Shown one piece after another: positions 19,080-29,397 of a stretch of 64,000 nucleotides of DNA. Numbering within the stretch: position 1 is the first letter of the stretch; each line of letters starts with the position of its first letter. A program made the translations under genes and the position numbers. The notes under the pieces are model-generated. The model was not told the origin of the DNA. It was given only the letters and a program-made list of their open reading frames with translations, and ran no database searches. The DNA is from Polyangiales bacterium (GTDB lineage: Bacteria > Myxococcota_A > Polyangia > Polyangiales > Polyangiaceae): assembly GCA_038231275.1 (NCBI GenBank), contig JBBRLQ010000030.1, positions 1 through 64,000 on the forward strand, given 5' to 3'.

Positions 19080-20650
19080 CAGCCTCCCAGCCCGAAGAAG
19101 TCCTCGATGCGCTTCAGGATGCGCGCCTGCTCGGTCGCCTCGCGCGCCTTGCGTCCGTCGGCGTCGAGCCCTTCGCGCACCACGACCAGCTCGACGCGCC
19201 GCCGCGCGAGGAGCGAGCTGATCTGCTTCGCGACCTCGGGGCGCTTCTGGAGGATGCCCTCGAAAACCGCCTTGTCGAGGCGATAGCACTCGGTGTCCGT
19301 CGTCGCGACGACGCTCGCGAAGCGCGGCTCGCCGGTCATCAGCCCCATCTCGCCGAAGAACGTGGGCCCGGTGATCGTCGCGACGGTCTTGGTGGAGCCG
19401 TCGTCGCCCGAGACCCGGATCTCGGCGCTCCCCGCGGCGAGGAGGTAGAGCCAGTGGGCGACCGCTCCTTGGCGCGTCATCGTCTCGCCGCGGGAGAACG
19501 GCGCGTAGAGGAGGTGATGGGAGACGAAGCCGCGCTCCTCGTCGGTGAGCGCCTCGAAGAGCTCCACCGAGACGACGGTCGCGTGCCGGCGGTCGTGATC
19601 TTCGAGCTTGGCCTTCTCGAGGGCGGCCTCTTCCAGCGTGACCCGCACGCCGCGCAAGGGCATCGCCAGGGGGATGTCGGCGCGCTTGAGCGCCGTGTGG
19701 ATGCGGTGGCGCACCGCGGAGCTCGTGGGATCGTCGACCGCGAGATCGGTCAGCCAGTAGCGCACGGCGTAGTAGGCGAAGCTGTCGCGGTTGTCGCGCG
19801 CAAAGTCCATGCACACCACGCTCGGCGGAGGATCGTCGGCCACGCGCTCGATCGGGCTCCCGCGCACCGCCTCGCTCACGACGTCGATGACGCGCGCCGG
19901 CGGGTACCGAAAGTCGACGTTGAAGTAGACCCACATGCGGTGGGGGACCTTCTTGCCGTCGCGCTTGCCGAGGATCGTGATGTTGGAGGAAAGGAGCGAC
20001 GCGTTCGGCACGACGATGACGTCCCAGTCGCGCGTCTCGACGACGGTGTGTCGCCACCGGATCTCCCGGACCTTGCCTTGCTTGCCGTTCTCGAGCTGGA
20101 TCCAGTCGCCGACGTGCACCGATCCGTCGAGCTGCAGCGCGACGCCGCCGATGACGTTGCCGAGCGTGGTCTGCAGCGACAGCGCGAGGACGCCGGAGAC
20201 GATGGCGCTCGTGGCGATGACGCTCGACAGGTTCATCCCCGCGCCGTGCAGCACGCCCATGGTGGTGGCGACGTAGGCGAGCCCGACCAGGAGATCGCTG
20301 GTGATGCTGACCAAATCGACGCCGACCGCGGGCAGGCCGAGGTCGAAGATGGCGAGTGCCCCGATGTTCACGATGGTGAACGCCTCGAGGAGGTCCGACA
20401 GGATCCGGAGGCGCTCGGCCCACTCGTGCGCCCCCGCCACCCTCGCCGCCTCGCACAGCCCGTACGCGACGAGGTGGAGGACGAAGATGACGACGACGCG
20501 CCCGATGCGGCGCCGCTTCTCGGGCGCGTAGCGGTTCACCAGGAACGCCAAGAGGACGACCGCGCCCGCGATGAGGACGAACGTCCACCGCGAGGCGAGC
20601 CTCATCAGGACGGCGCTCACGCCGTCGTTTTCCGGCGCTCCGAGAAACAT
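19079..20650 (-). CDS. MscS-family mechanosensitive channel with cyclic-nucleotide-binding domain (bCNG-type)
   Basis: LALSLQTTLGNVIGG, VGDWI, VVPNASL; cNMP domain FFGEMGLMTGEPRFASVVA. Confidence 0.92.
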   Translation of the reverse strand: MFLGAPENDGVSAVLMRLASRWTFVLIAGAVVLLAFLVNRYAPEKRRRIGRVVVIFVLHLVAYGLCEAARVAGAHEWAERLRILSDLLEAFTIVNIGALAIFDLGLPAVGVDLVSITSDLLVGLAYVATTMGVLHGAGMNLSSVIATSAIVSGVLALSLQTTLGNVIGGVALQLDGSVHVGDWIQLENGKQGKVREIRWRHTVVETRDWDVIVVPNASLLSSNITILGKRDGKKVPHRMWVYFNVDFRYPPARVIDVVSEAVRGSPIERVADDPPPSVVCMDFARDNRDSFAYYAVRYWLTDLAVDDPTSSAVRHRIHTALKRADIPLAMPLRGVRVTLEEAALEKAKLEDHDRRHATVVSVELFEALTDEERGFVSHHLLYAPFSRGETMTRQGAVAHWLYLLAAGSAEIRVSGDDGSTKTVATITGPTFFGEMGLMTGEPRFASVVATTDTECYRLDKAVFEGILQKRPEVAKQISSLLARRRVELVVVREGLDADGRKAREATEQARILKRIEDFFGLGG

Positions 20651-20728
20651 GAGTGGCGAAGCTACTCGCTTTAGAGCGGAAGTCGGTAGCGCGAAACGCG
20701 CGAACGACTGGAGCGACCCACAACGAGG

Positions 20729-23674
20729 TTAGAGCGCGAAGGCCTGCTCGATGACCAGCTTCTGCTCCAGCTCGTGGCTCGCTTTGCTGCCGGTCGCAGG
20801 GCTTGCGCTGGCGGCGCGCGAGACGACGCTGAGAGGGAGGCGATCGCCGATGTGGTCCTGGAGGTTCGCGTTGATGAAGTACCAGGCGCCGGAGTTGAGT
20901 GGCTCCTCCTGGACCCAGACGAGCGGCGTCCCGTCCTTGTACGGCGCGAGTGCTTGCACGAGCGCCTCGCTGAGCGGGTAGATTTGCTCCAGCCTAAGGA
21001 TCGCGACGTCGGTGCGCCCCTGCTTCTTCCGCGCGGCATCCAGATCGTAGAAGACCTTGCCGCTGCAGAGGAGCACCTTCTTCACCTCGCCCGGCGGGAC
21101 CGTCTCGTCGACGATCACGCGGCGGAACGAGCCGTTCGCGAGCTCGTCGAACGTGGAGTACGCCTCGGGGTGACGGAGGAGACTCTTCGGCGTGAAGATG
21201 ACGAGCGGCTTTCGCCACCGTCGGACCACCTGGCGCCGCAGCGCGTGGAACAGGTTCGCCGGCGTGGTCAGATTGCAGACCTGGATGTTGTCCTCGGCGG
21301 CCATCTGGAGGAAGCGCTCGATGCGCGCGCTCGAGTGCTCCGGCCCTTGCCCCTCGTAGCCGTGCGGCAGGAGCAGCACGAGGCCCGAGAGGCGCAGCCA
21401 CTTGTCCTCCGCCGAGACGATGAACTGGTCGATGATGACCTGCGCCGAGTTCGCGAAGTCGCCGAACTGCGCCTCCCAGATGACCAGCCCCTCGGGGCGA
21501 TCGAGGCTGTAGCCGTACTCGAAGCCGAGGACGCCGGCCTCCGACAGCGGGCTGTCCCACGCCTCGAACGAGGCGCCGCCCTTCAGGTTGGCGAGCGGGG
21601 TGTACCGCGCGCCGGTCTCGGTGTCGAAGAGGACCGCGTGGCGATGGCTGAACGTGCCGCGCCGCGAGTCCTGCCCCGAAAGACGCACCGGCTTGCCCTC
21701 CGCGAGGAGCGTTGCGAAGGCCAGGTGCTCGGCCGTCTCCCAGATGAGCGTGCCATGCGACGTCGCGCGCTCGCGGCGCTGCTCGATGACCTTCAGCGCC
21801 TTCGGGTTCGCGTGGAACGACGGGGGAATGGTGGTGAGGTCCGAGAGAAGCTCGAGGAGCCGCTCCTTGGGCACGTTCGTCGGCGCGTCCGGCACGAGGC
21901 GATCGGGTCCGCCGAAGTACGGCGCCCAAACGCCTTCCATGGCGCTCGGCTTCCGGAGAAAGTCCCCTTGCTTCGCCTCGGTGTACGCCTGCTCGAGGAT
22001 CGCCTTGCGCTCCTGCTCGATCTCGTCGGCGCGTGGGTGCGTGATCATTCCCGCGTCCACCAGCCTGTCTACGTACGTCTGCCGTACGCTCGGCTTCTTC
22101 TTGATGAGCGCGTACATGACGGGCTGCGTGAACGTCGGCTCGTCGCCCTCGTTGTGGCCGTACTTGCGGTAGCAGTACACGTCGATGACGACGTCCTTGC
22201 CGAACCGCTGGCGGTACTCGGTGGCGAGGCGCGTGACCTGGATGACGGCTTCGGGATCCTCGCCGTTCACGTGGAAGACCGGCACTTTCATCATTCGGGT
22301 GATGTCGGTGCAGTAGCGCGTCGAGCGCGAGTCTTCGGGGACGGTGGTGAATCCGATCTGGTTATTGACGACGACGTGGATGGTGCCGCCGGTCGTGTAG
22401 CCCTCGAGCCCCGCGAGATTGAGCGTCTCGGGGACGACGCCTTGGCCCATGAACGCCGCGTCGCCATGAATGAGAAGAGGGACGACCCCGATGCGCTTGG
22501 CGCGATCCTGCTTGGCGCGCACGCGCCCTTCGACGACCGGGTTCACCCACTCGAGGTGGCTGGGGTTGAAGGCGAGCGAGAGGTGCACTGTGTTGCCGCT
22601 CGCCGTGACGCGGTCGCTCGAGTAGCCGAGGTGGTACTTCACGTCGCCGGCGCCGAGGAAGCGCTCGGGCTGCTTGTCGTCGAACGCCGCGAAGATCTCG
22701 CGCACGTTCTTGCCCATGATGTTCACGAGCACGTTGAGGCGGCCACGGTGGGCCATGCCCAGCACGACCTCCTCTGCACCGTGCGCGCCGGCCTCCTCGA
22801 TGAGGAGATCGAGCAGCGCGATGATGCTCTCCGCCCCTTCGAGCGAGAAGCGCTTGGCGCCGACGTAGTTGCGGTGGATGAACTGCTCGAAGATCTCCGC
22901 GTCGGTGAGCTTGGTGAGCACCCGCACCAAGTCCTCGCGCGCGAGCGAGGCGTGGTTCGCCGTGGACTCCATCCGGTCCTGGAGCCACTGGCGCATCGAG
23001 GGGTCCTCGATATGCGTGTATTCTACACCGATCGAGCGGCAGTACGTCTCCGTGAGGTGCGCGATGATCTGGCGGAGCGTCGCGCGGTCGGGGACGCCGG
23101 TGAGGCCGACGGTGGCGAAGGTGGTGTCGAGGTCGGCGGGGCTGAGCCCGAACAAGTCGAGGTTCAGCTCTTGAGGGGCGTCCTGGCCGGGCGGCTTTTT
23201 GCCTGTCGCGAGCGGATCGAGGCGCGCGAAGAGGTGGCCGCGGACGCGGTACGCGTTGATGAGCTGATAGACCCGCCCCTGCACGCCGGCGGCGGTGATG
23301 AGCTCGTCCTTCAGCGCTTCGCCTTGCGGCATCAGGCTCGTGCGCGCGGGCGGCGACAAGGAGATTGCCGCAGCGCCATTTCCATTGGCCTTGGCGACCG
23401 CAGCGCTCCCGGCGTTCTTGCCGTTCGTTCCGTTCGCGCTAGGGGGCGCGACCGACGGCGCGGATGGCACAGGCGCCGCGGCGGGTGCGGGCGACGGGAA
23501 CGAGGGGGACGACCGGGACGAGGGGGGCGACGGGGGCGGCGCTGCGGTGGGTGCCGCCGCGCGCCCCTCCTCGAAGAACGTTCGCCACTTCTCCTCCACC
23601 GCCAGCGGCGCCTGCAGCCACCGCGCGTGGAGCTCTTCTACGTATCCCGCGTTGATGCCGAATTCGTCGAACAT
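20729..23674 (-). CDS. sucA: 2-oxoglutarate dehydrogenase E1 component
   Basis: KRFSLEG, GMAHRGRLN, GDVKYHLG, HGDAAF.GQG, GQDSRRGTFSHRH, WEAQFGDF, PHGYEGQGPEHSS. Confidence 0.97.
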   Translation of the reverse strand: MFDEFGINAGYVEELHARWLQAPLAVEEKWRTFFEEGRAAAPTAAPPPSPPSSRSSPSFPSPAPAAAPVPSAPSVAPPSANGTNGKNAGSAAVAKANGNGAAAISLSPPARTSLMPQGEALKDELITAAGVQGRVYQLINAYRVRGHLFARLDPLATGKKPPGQDAPQELNLDLFGLSPADLDTTFATVGLTGVPDRATLRQIIAHLTETYCRSIGVEYTHIEDPSMRQWLQDRMESTANHASLAREDLVRVLTKLTDAEIFEQFIHRNYVGAKRFSLEGAESIIALLDLLIEEAGAHGAEEVVLGMAHRGRLNVLVNIMGKNVREIFAAFDDKQPERFLGAGDVKYHLGYSSDRVTASGNTVHLSLAFNPSHLEWVNPVVEGRVRAKQDRAKRIGVVPLLIHGDAAFMGQGVVPETLNLAGLEGYTTGGTIHVVVNNQIGFTTVPEDSRSTRYCTDITRMMKVPVFHVNGEDPEAVIQVTRLATEYRQRFGKDVVIDVYCYRKYGHNEGDEPTFTQPVMYALIKKKPSVRQTYVDRLVDAGMITHPRADEIEQERKAILEQAYTEAKQGDFLRKPSAMEGVWAPYFGGPDRLVPDAPTNVPKERLLELLSDLTTIPPSFHANPKALKVIEQRRERATSHGTLIWETAEHLAFATLLAEGKPVRLSGQDSRRGTFSHRHAVLFDTETGARYTPLANLKGGASFEAWDSPLSEAGVLGFEYGYSLDRPEGLVIWEAQFGDFANSAQVIIDQFIVSAEDKWLRLSGLVLLLPHGYEGQGPEHSSARIERFLQMAAEDNIQVCNLTTPANLFHALRRQVVRRWRKPLVIFTPKSLLRHPEAYSTFDELANGSFRRVIVDETVPPGEVKKVLLCSGKVFYDLDAARKKQGRTDVAILRLEQIYPLSEALVQALAPYKDGTPLVWVQEEPLNSGAWYFINANLQDHIGDRLPLSVVSRAASASPATGSKASHELEQKLVIEQAFAL

Positions 23675-23721
23675 GGGCAGACTTTCAGTCCCCCCACGTT
23701 AGCACCAAGGCGAGCGCTCGC

Positions 23722-24717
23722 TCAGTGCTTCTTCGGCTCGGGCTTGGGCGCGGGCGCCTTCGGATCCTTGCCGTCGGCCTTCGCGGACGAGCTGCCGGAC
23801 GCGGCCGGAGCGGCGTGGTCGTCCTTCTTCTCGCCGTCCTTCTTCTCGTCCTTGGCCGCGCCGCCGTGCTCGTCCTTCTTCTCGTCCTTGGCTGCGCCGC
23901 CGTGCTCGTCCTTCTTTTCGCCCGGCTTCTCGTCGCCGTCGTCCTCGTCGTCCTTTTCGATTTCGGCCGTTCTCTTCTTGGCCTCTTCGATCTTCTTCTC
24001 GGCTTCCTTGAGGACCTTGTGCGTGTGCGTGAAGGTGTAGCCGACGATGGCGCCTCCCGCGAGGCCGATGACGACGGAGACCGCCCAGACGCCGCGGCTC
24101 GACATGAGGAGCGCGATCGACGCGATGACGATGCCGATCTCGGCGCACAGCTGCGCGCGCTCGTACCACTCGCTCGCCTCGTGGTGAGCGTCGATGGCCT
24201 CGTCATAGGCCTCGGCGTCTTCCTTCGCCTCGACCATGTCGTGCTTGTACTTCTTGCCGAGGGCCTGGATGCGATCTTCGTCCTCCTTGTCGGGGGTGAG
24301 GACGTCCGCGAGCTCCATCGTCGCGACGTGGATCGCCTCCTTGATCTCGGCGGTGTCTTCGTCGTCGGCCTTGCCGCCGGCGCGCTTCACGCCCGCGAGC
24401 TTCTCCTCGAACTTCTTGATCTCCGCCTTGTTGGGCGTGAGCGCGTGGAGCATCTCGAAGTCCGCTTCCATGACGCGGTACTTGGTCGACTCCGACTGGT
24501 AGATGCTCCAGAGGTTCGACTGCTCGATTGTGGCCTTGATCAGCTCGGTACGCGCCGACCCGACCATGGCCGCGCAGAACGCGAGCATGACGCCGAGGAT
24601 CGCCATCGTGATGCCGATCATCCTGCCCGGACCGCCGCTGGCGCCGTGACCGTGACCGCCCCCGCCAGCGTGGCCGGCCTCTTCCATCTTCTCGAGCATC
24701 TCGTGCGCGCCGCTCAT
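23722..24717 (-). CDS. DUF4337-like membrane protein, paralog B
   Basis: His/Gly-rich N-terminus, TM, W..YQ...TK, two C-terminal TMs, charged repeat tail. Confidence 0.7.
   Translation of the reverse strand: MSGAHEMLEKMEEAGHAGGGGHGHGASGGPGRMIGITMAILGVMLAFCAAMVGSARTELIKATIEQSNLWSIYQSESTKYRVMEADFEMLHALTPNKAEIKKFEEKLAGVKRAGGKADDEDTAEIKEAIHVATMELADVLTPDKEDEDRIQALGKKYKHDMVEAKEDAEAYDEAIDAHHEASEWYERAQLCAEIGIVIASIALLMSSRGVWAVSVVIGLAGGAIVGYTFTHTHKVLKEAEKKIEEAKKRTAEIEKDDEDDGDEKPGEKKDEHGGAAKDEKKDEHGGAAKDEKKDGEKKDDHAAPAASGSSSAKADGKDPKAPAPKPEPKKH
23836..23916 (-). repeat. Intragenic 36-bp tandem repeat encoding KKDEHGGAAKDE (about 2 copies)
   Basis: Visible in both the DNA and the translation; boundaries approximate. 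Confidence 0.75.
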
Positions 24718-24806
24718 CTTGGTCGTTCTCCCTGAAGTGGTCCGGTTGCCGCCGACTCACCGGTCGCTTTCGCCCTTGGCTCTAACACGGCTCTGCTGCG
24801 AACGGA

Positions 24807-25709
24807 TCAGTGATGCGGGGCAGGTTTGTCGGCCTCGGGCTTTTTGTCCCCCTCGGGCTTTTTGTCGGCTTCTGGCTTCTTTTCGCCGTCCTTGGCGCCC
24901 TCGGGCTTCTTTTTCGGCGCGTCGTCGTCCTCGTCGTCGTCCTTCTCGAGCGCGGCGGCGTGCTTGACCGCCTCCTCGATCTTCTTCTCGGCGGCGCCCA
25001 CGGCGGCGCGCGTGTGCACGAACGTCTTGGTCACGATGGTGCCGCCGGCGAGGCCGAAGAGGATCGAGATGATCCACACGATGCGGCTCGACATGAGGAG
25101 CGCGATCGAGGCGACGACGATGCCGACCTCCGAGCACAGCTGCGCGCGCTCGTACCACTCGCTCGCCTCGTAGTGCGCGTCGATGGCGCCCTCGTAGGAC
25201 TCCGCGTCCTCCTTGGCCTCCATCATGTCGTGCTTGTACTTGAGGCCGATGCCCTTGATGCGATCTTCGTCGTCTTGATCAGGCGTGAGGACGTCGGCGA
25301 GCTCCGTCGTCGCCACGTGGATGGCGTCCTTGATCTCGGCGGTGTCCTCGTCGTCCGATTTGCCGCCCGCGCGCTTCACGCTGGCGAGCTTCTCGTCGAA
25401 CTTCTTCATCTCCGCCTTGTTGGGCGTGAGCGCGTGGAGCATCTCGTAGTCGGCTTCCATGACGCGGGCCTTGGTGGCCTCGGCTTGGTAGAAGCCCCAC
25501 TTGTTGGCCTGATCGATCGTGGTCTTGATGAGCTCGGTGCGCTCGGTGCCGACCATCGCCGCGCAGAACGCGAGCATCACGCCTAGCGCCGCCATCGTGA
25601 TGCCGATGAAGGTGCCGGGCCCCTTGCCGTGGCCGCCGCCGTGCTCTCCGTGCCCCCCGCCGTGCCCGGCGTGCTCCATCTTCTCGAGCAACTCGGTCGC
25701 TTCGCTCAT
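24807..25709 (-). CDS. DUF4337-like membrane protein, paralog A
   Basis: Shares long near-identical blocks with 23722..24717 (RVMEAD.EMLHALTPNKAE; EASEWYERAQLC); KKPE repeat tail. Confidence 0.7.
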   Translation of the reverse strand: MSEATELLEKMEHAGHGGGHGEHGGGHGKGPGTFIGITMAALGVMLAFCAAMVGTERTELIKTTIDQANKWGFYQAEATKARVMEADYEMLHALTPNKAEMKKFDEKLASVKRAGGKSDDEDTAEIKDAIHVATTELADVLTPDQDDEDRIKGIGLKYKHDMMEAKEDAESYEGAIDAHYEASEWYERAQLCSEVGIVVASIALLMSSRIVWIISILFGLAGGTIVTKTFVHTRAAVGAAEKKIEEAVKHAAALEKDDDEDDDAPKKKPEGAKDGEKKPEADKKPEGDKKPEADKPAPHH

Positions 25710-25857
25710 GGCGCGGAGCCTAATGACGAGAGCGATTTTCTAAAACCCCGATCGGCTCCCGAAGCCCCGATTTTCGTGGGACGTTTGGCCGCGCATCCTC
25801 GGCACTCACGCAAAAAGAGACCGAATGCCTCACCGTGTGAGGACGCGGGGGCGCCTG

Positions 25858-27132
25858 TTAGCCCTTGAGCCACGCCGCGAGGTCGGCGTTCGGATCGAGC
25901 GCGACGAGGAGCGCATCGACGGTGATCGCGCTGACGGTCGTTCCGGCGGGCGCGACGTGAACACCATCGGGCCCACGCCACACGATGACGCGAACGGCTT
26001 GCGACGCTCGAAGGCCCGCAGGTGCGGCGTCAACCGGGCGTCGCCCGCTCGCCTTGTACGCGGCAGTGCCGATGCGCGTGCTCTGATCGTCGAAGCCGGT
26101 CGCGAGATCGTCGTGCTCGGCGTTGGCGAGCGATTGGGTCGGCCACTGATCGGCCTCTTCCGCGTGGGAGAGGCGAGGGTCGGTGCCGGTGTCATTGGGC
26201 CTCGGGCCCTCAGGCGGCGGGGGATCGGTGTCGTGCTTGTCCTCGGTGCCGTCGGGGTTCGGCGGCGGCGCCTCCGGCATCTCGGGGCGCGCGGCGATCA
26301 CGGTCGGATCGGACGCGAGCTCCTCCGGCGCGGGGCGGCTTCGGCGACGCGCGCCGGTCGGCTTCGGAATGGCGATGGGCATCGGCATGCCGTGGGGCTT
26401 CGTGACCTCTTGCTCTCCGCCGGCGCGCGAGATGATCTCGGCCTGCGCGGCGCGGCGCGCTTCATCGGCGAGGTTGTGCCCCGATCGGCGGCGGCGCTCG
26501 CCGGCGCGCGAGTGGGTCACCTTCGGCAGCGCAGCCTGCGGAGCCGAAGCGCGCGCAGGCGTGGGCGCCTTCGCGGGCGCCGACGGAGAGGGCTTGGACG
26601 CGGGAGGCGCAGGCACACCGCTGGCGGCGCGTGGGGGGGCGACGCTCGGTGCGCGAGGAGGTGCCACGCTCGGTGCGCGAGGCGCAGAAGACGACGCGAC
26701 GACCGGAGCGGGCGGCGGCCGGCTCTGCGCGACCATGACGGCCGGCGCAGGCGGCGTCCCGCTGGGCAAGGGCGGCGCCGGAGGAGGAGGCGCCTGGCTC
26801 TGCAGCGTGTTCGGCGGTCGCTCGGCGCTCACCGGCGGCGGCGGCGCGCTCGGCGTCGGCGCGTCGCCTGGACTGGGGCTGTCGACCTTCACGAGCATCG
26901 ACGCGAGATCGGCCGCGGCCTTCGCGAGCTCGAGCGCGCGATCGTCGGCCTCGGCCTCGCTCGCCGCCTCCGCCGCGCGCCGGATCCACTTGATCGCGTC
27001 CGCGTTTTCTGCCCGATTCCACATCGCCTCGGCAGTGGAGAGCGCCCACGCGACGTCTTCGGGATCGTCCTTCTTGGGCTTCGGAATCTTGGGGAGTGGG
27101 ATCAGATCGGCGTCGCTGAGCTTGCCGGCCAT
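25858..27132 (-). CDS. Hypothetical protein with helical N-domain, long Pro/Ala-rich linker and small C-domain
   Basis: DDPEDVAWALSTAEAMW..WIRRAAEAA; APSVAPPR repeats; TAGCCT lies 6 nt before the ATG. Confidence 0.7.
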   Translation of the reverse strand: MAGKLSDADLIPLPKIPKPKKDDPEDVAWALSTAEAMWNRAENADAIKWIRRAAEAASEAEADDRALELAKAAADLASMLVKVDSPSPGDAPTPSAPPPPVSAERPPNTLQSQAPPPPAPPLPSGTPPAPAVMVAQSRPPPAPVVASSSAPRAPSVAPPRAPSVAPPRAASGVPAPPASKPSPSAPAKAPTPARASAPQAALPKVTHSRAGERRRRSGHNLADEARRAAQAEIISRAGGEQEVTKPHGMPMPIAIPKPTGARRRSRPAPEELASDPTVIAARPEMPEAPPPNPDGTEDKHDTDPPPPEGPRPNDTGTDPRLSHAEEADQWPTQSLANAEHDDLATGFDDQSTRIGTAAYKASGRRPVDAAPAGLRASQAVRVIVWRGPDGVHVAPAGTTVSAITVDALLVALDPNADLAAWLKG

Positions 27133-27141
27133 TCTAAGAGG

Positions 27142-28335
27142 CTACGGGACCGGGGCATCTTTGGGCAAGCGCCCCTCTGCGCGCTCCGGCCGACCGCCTC
27201 CGCGACCCCCCGTCGCCTGGGCTTTTTGCTTCAGCCAGGCGCCGCAGTCGAACGGCGCGGAGGCGCCTTTTTGTACGACGATCGCGAGATCTTCGCCGCC
27301 CGGATCGAGCGCGGCGCAAATGGCCACGACGTCGGGCCGCGCGGTCAGGCGGCCGGCCAGGGCGCGGAGCATTCCGAGGTCGTCCTTGGGGCGGATCAGC
27401 GCCACGATCGTCGCCCCGCTGGGGTCGGGGGGGTGCGCGGCGAGGACGCGCTCGGCGACGAGCTCGAGCAGCTCGCCGCGCGTGGAGCCGAGGACGTCGC
27501 GGGCGATCTCGAGGTCCTTGCGGAGCTTCGCGACGCCGGCGCCCACATCGAGGAGGCCGCAGGTGAGATCGCGCGCGAGGGCGCCGAGCACGTCGTCCTT
27601 CGCGCGCGCGTCGGCGAGGGCGCGTAGACCGGCGTGGAAGGTCACGCGGATCTTGCCCTTGTACCGCTCGGTGCCGACCACGCGCACAAGGCCGATCTGC
27701 CCCGTCCGCGTGCAGTGCGTGCCGCCGCACGGCGTGAAGTCGAAGCCATCGATCTCGATGACCCGGATGTTCTCCGAGACTTTGGGCGTCCGACGGAGCG
27801 GCATCGCCGCGAGCTCCGCCGCGGTCGGGAAATGCGAGCGCACGACGACGTCGTCGGTCACGATCGCGTTCACGAGGTCCTCGGCGCGCGCGAGGAGGCC
27901 GTCGGCGAGGCTCGCGAGATCGACGTCGATCGTGCACGCGGTGGCGCCGAGGCGAGCGGACACGGTCTCCGCCTTCGCGACGTCGACGAGCGCGCGAGAG
28001 AGAGCGTGCTGGGCCGTGTGCTGCGCCATGTGATCGCGCCGCCGCGCCAGATCGATCGTGCCGTGAACCTCGGCGCCGTCGTCCGCCGTGAAGGGGTCGC
28101 CGCCTATGAGGTGATGGATGACACCGTCGTCGTCGACTTGAACGTCCGTCACACGTACGACGCGCTCTCCGACCTTCAGCTCTCCCGTGTCCGCGAGCTG
28201 TCCACCTGCTTCCGGATAGAACGCCGTGCGGTCGAGGACGATCGACGGGCGGTCTCCGAAGGTCCCCATGCGGGCGCCGTGCGCGTCGAACGATTTGCGA
28301 AATGGGTCGGCCCAGTAGAGCTTCTCGGTGGGCAT
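27142..28335 (-). CDS. alaX: Free-standing alanyl-tRNA editing protein (AlaX-L type)
   Basis: [21 protein letters not shown]-terminal GGRGGG (DHHA1); start 28335 or 28344. Confidence 0.88.
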   Translation of the reverse strand: MPTEKLYWADPFRKSFDAHGARMGTFGDRPSIVLDRTAFYPEAGGQLADTGELKVGERVVRVTDVQVDDDGVIHHLIGGDPFTADDGAEVHGTIDLARRRDHMAQHTAQHALSRALVDVAKAETVSARLGATACTIDVDLASLADGLLARAEDLVNAIVTDDVVVRSHFPTAAELAAMPLRRTPKVSENIRVIEIDGFDFTPCGGTHCTRTGQIGLVRVVGTERYKGKIRVTFHAGLRALADARAKDDVLGALARDLTCGLLDVGAGVAKLRKDLEIARDVLGSTRGELLELVAERVLAAHPPDPSGATIVALIRPKDDLGMLRALAGRLTARPDVVAICAALDPGGEDLAIVVQKGASAPFDCGAWLKQKAQATGGRGGGRPERAEGRLPKDAPVP

Positions 28336-28368
28336 GCGCGTCACGCCTTAGCACGGTATGAATGGCCC

Positions 28369-28569
28369 ATGGTCGTGACCATCAACGGCGCCGAGCGCGA
28401 CGTCCCCGAGGGCCTCTCGGTGCGCGCGCTGATCGAGCACTTGGGCCTCGGCGGCGGCCCTGTCGCGGTGGAGGTCAATCGGGAGATCGTCCCCCGCGCG
28501 GAGCACACGACTCGAGGGGTGAGCGCCGGCGACGCGGTCGAGATCGTCCATTTCGTCGGCGGTGGCTGA
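28369..28569 (+). CDS. thiS: Sulfur carrier protein ThiS
   Basis: 66 aa, [32 protein letters not shown] ending in GG. Confidence 0.92.
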   Translation: MVVTINGAERDVPEGLSVRALIEHLGLGGGPVAVEVNREIVPRAEHTTRGVSAGDAVEIVHFVGGG

Positions 28570-28607
28570 GTCCGGTCCCGCCGCCACCGCGAAAATGGGC
28601 TGAGCAC

Positions 28608-29390
28608 CTAGCCCGACCCGTCGCATCTCACGCGCGCGTCGCTGACGAGCTCCTGGACCGCAGCGTGGGCCGCGTCGCGGAGCTCGTGCGAGCGTGCGCG
28701 GGGGCTGATCGGTAGGGGGGCGCCGATGCAAACGGCCACACGGGTGGGAGGCGCGCCGGCCATTCGCGAGAGGTGCGCGAGGAACGACTCGTTCACGAAC
28801 GCTGCGCCCGAGCCACGCGCGTACGCGACGCCGACCGGGAGGATCGTCGCGCCCGTGCGCAGCGCTGCGACGAACGCGCCCGGGTGGAAGGGACGCACGA
28901 CGTCTCCCTCGAACGTCGTGCCCTCGGGGAACAGGTTCACGGTCTGTCCCGCCTTGAGGAGCTGCCGCATCTCGCGGATCGCGTTGGCGCCGCTCGCCGC
29001 GTCGTCGCGATCCACGAAGACGGTGCCCACGCGGCGCGCGGCGTGGCCGACGATGGGCCACGCGGACAAGTCCTCGCGGCTGACCATGTGGCCGCCGAAC
29101 GTCTGGAGCATGATGCCGATGTCGATGGTCGAGCGGTGGTTGGCGACGACGAGACGCCCGCCCGCAGAGGGCGGCAACGCGCCGTAAATCTCGACGGACA
29201 CGCCGAAGAGGCGCAGCAAGGACGTTGCCCACCGCTTCGTCCACGCGTCGCGGAGGGCGTCCTTGTTCGCGTCGTCGGTGATGGCGTCGCGCGCGGCGTA
29301 GGCGGCGATGAGGCCGCTCGTGAGGCCCGCGAAGCCTGCGGCGCGCACGACGCGGCGGACCGGCGGAGGGAGAAGGGTCAAGAGCGCCAT
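28608..29390 (-). CDS. 1-acyl-sn-glycerol-3-phosphate acyltransferase (PlsC family)
   Basis: NHRSTID (HX4D), FVDR, FPEGT, ILPV. Confidence 0.88.
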   Translation of the reverse strand: MALLTLLPPPVRRVVRAAGFAGLTSGLIAAYAARDAITDDANKDALRDAWTKRWATSLLRLFGVSVEIYGALPPSAGGRLVVANHRSTIDIGIMLQTFGGHMVSREDLSAWPIVGHAARRVGTVFVDRDDAASGANAIREMRQLLKAGQTVNLFPEGTTFEGDVVRPFHPGAFVAALRTGATILPVGVAYARGSGAAFVNESFLAHLSRMAGAPPTRVAVCIGAPLPISPRARSHELRDAAHAAVQELVSDARVRCDGSG

Positions 29391-29397
29391 GCGCGCC

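Noticed and set aside
20774..24040. 1088-aa plus-strand ORF
   Set aside because: Antisense shadow of sucA
28369..28569. ThiS as part of a ubiquitin-like conjugation or defence system
   Set aside because: Canonical ThiS sequence with no E1, E2 or JAB genes nearby
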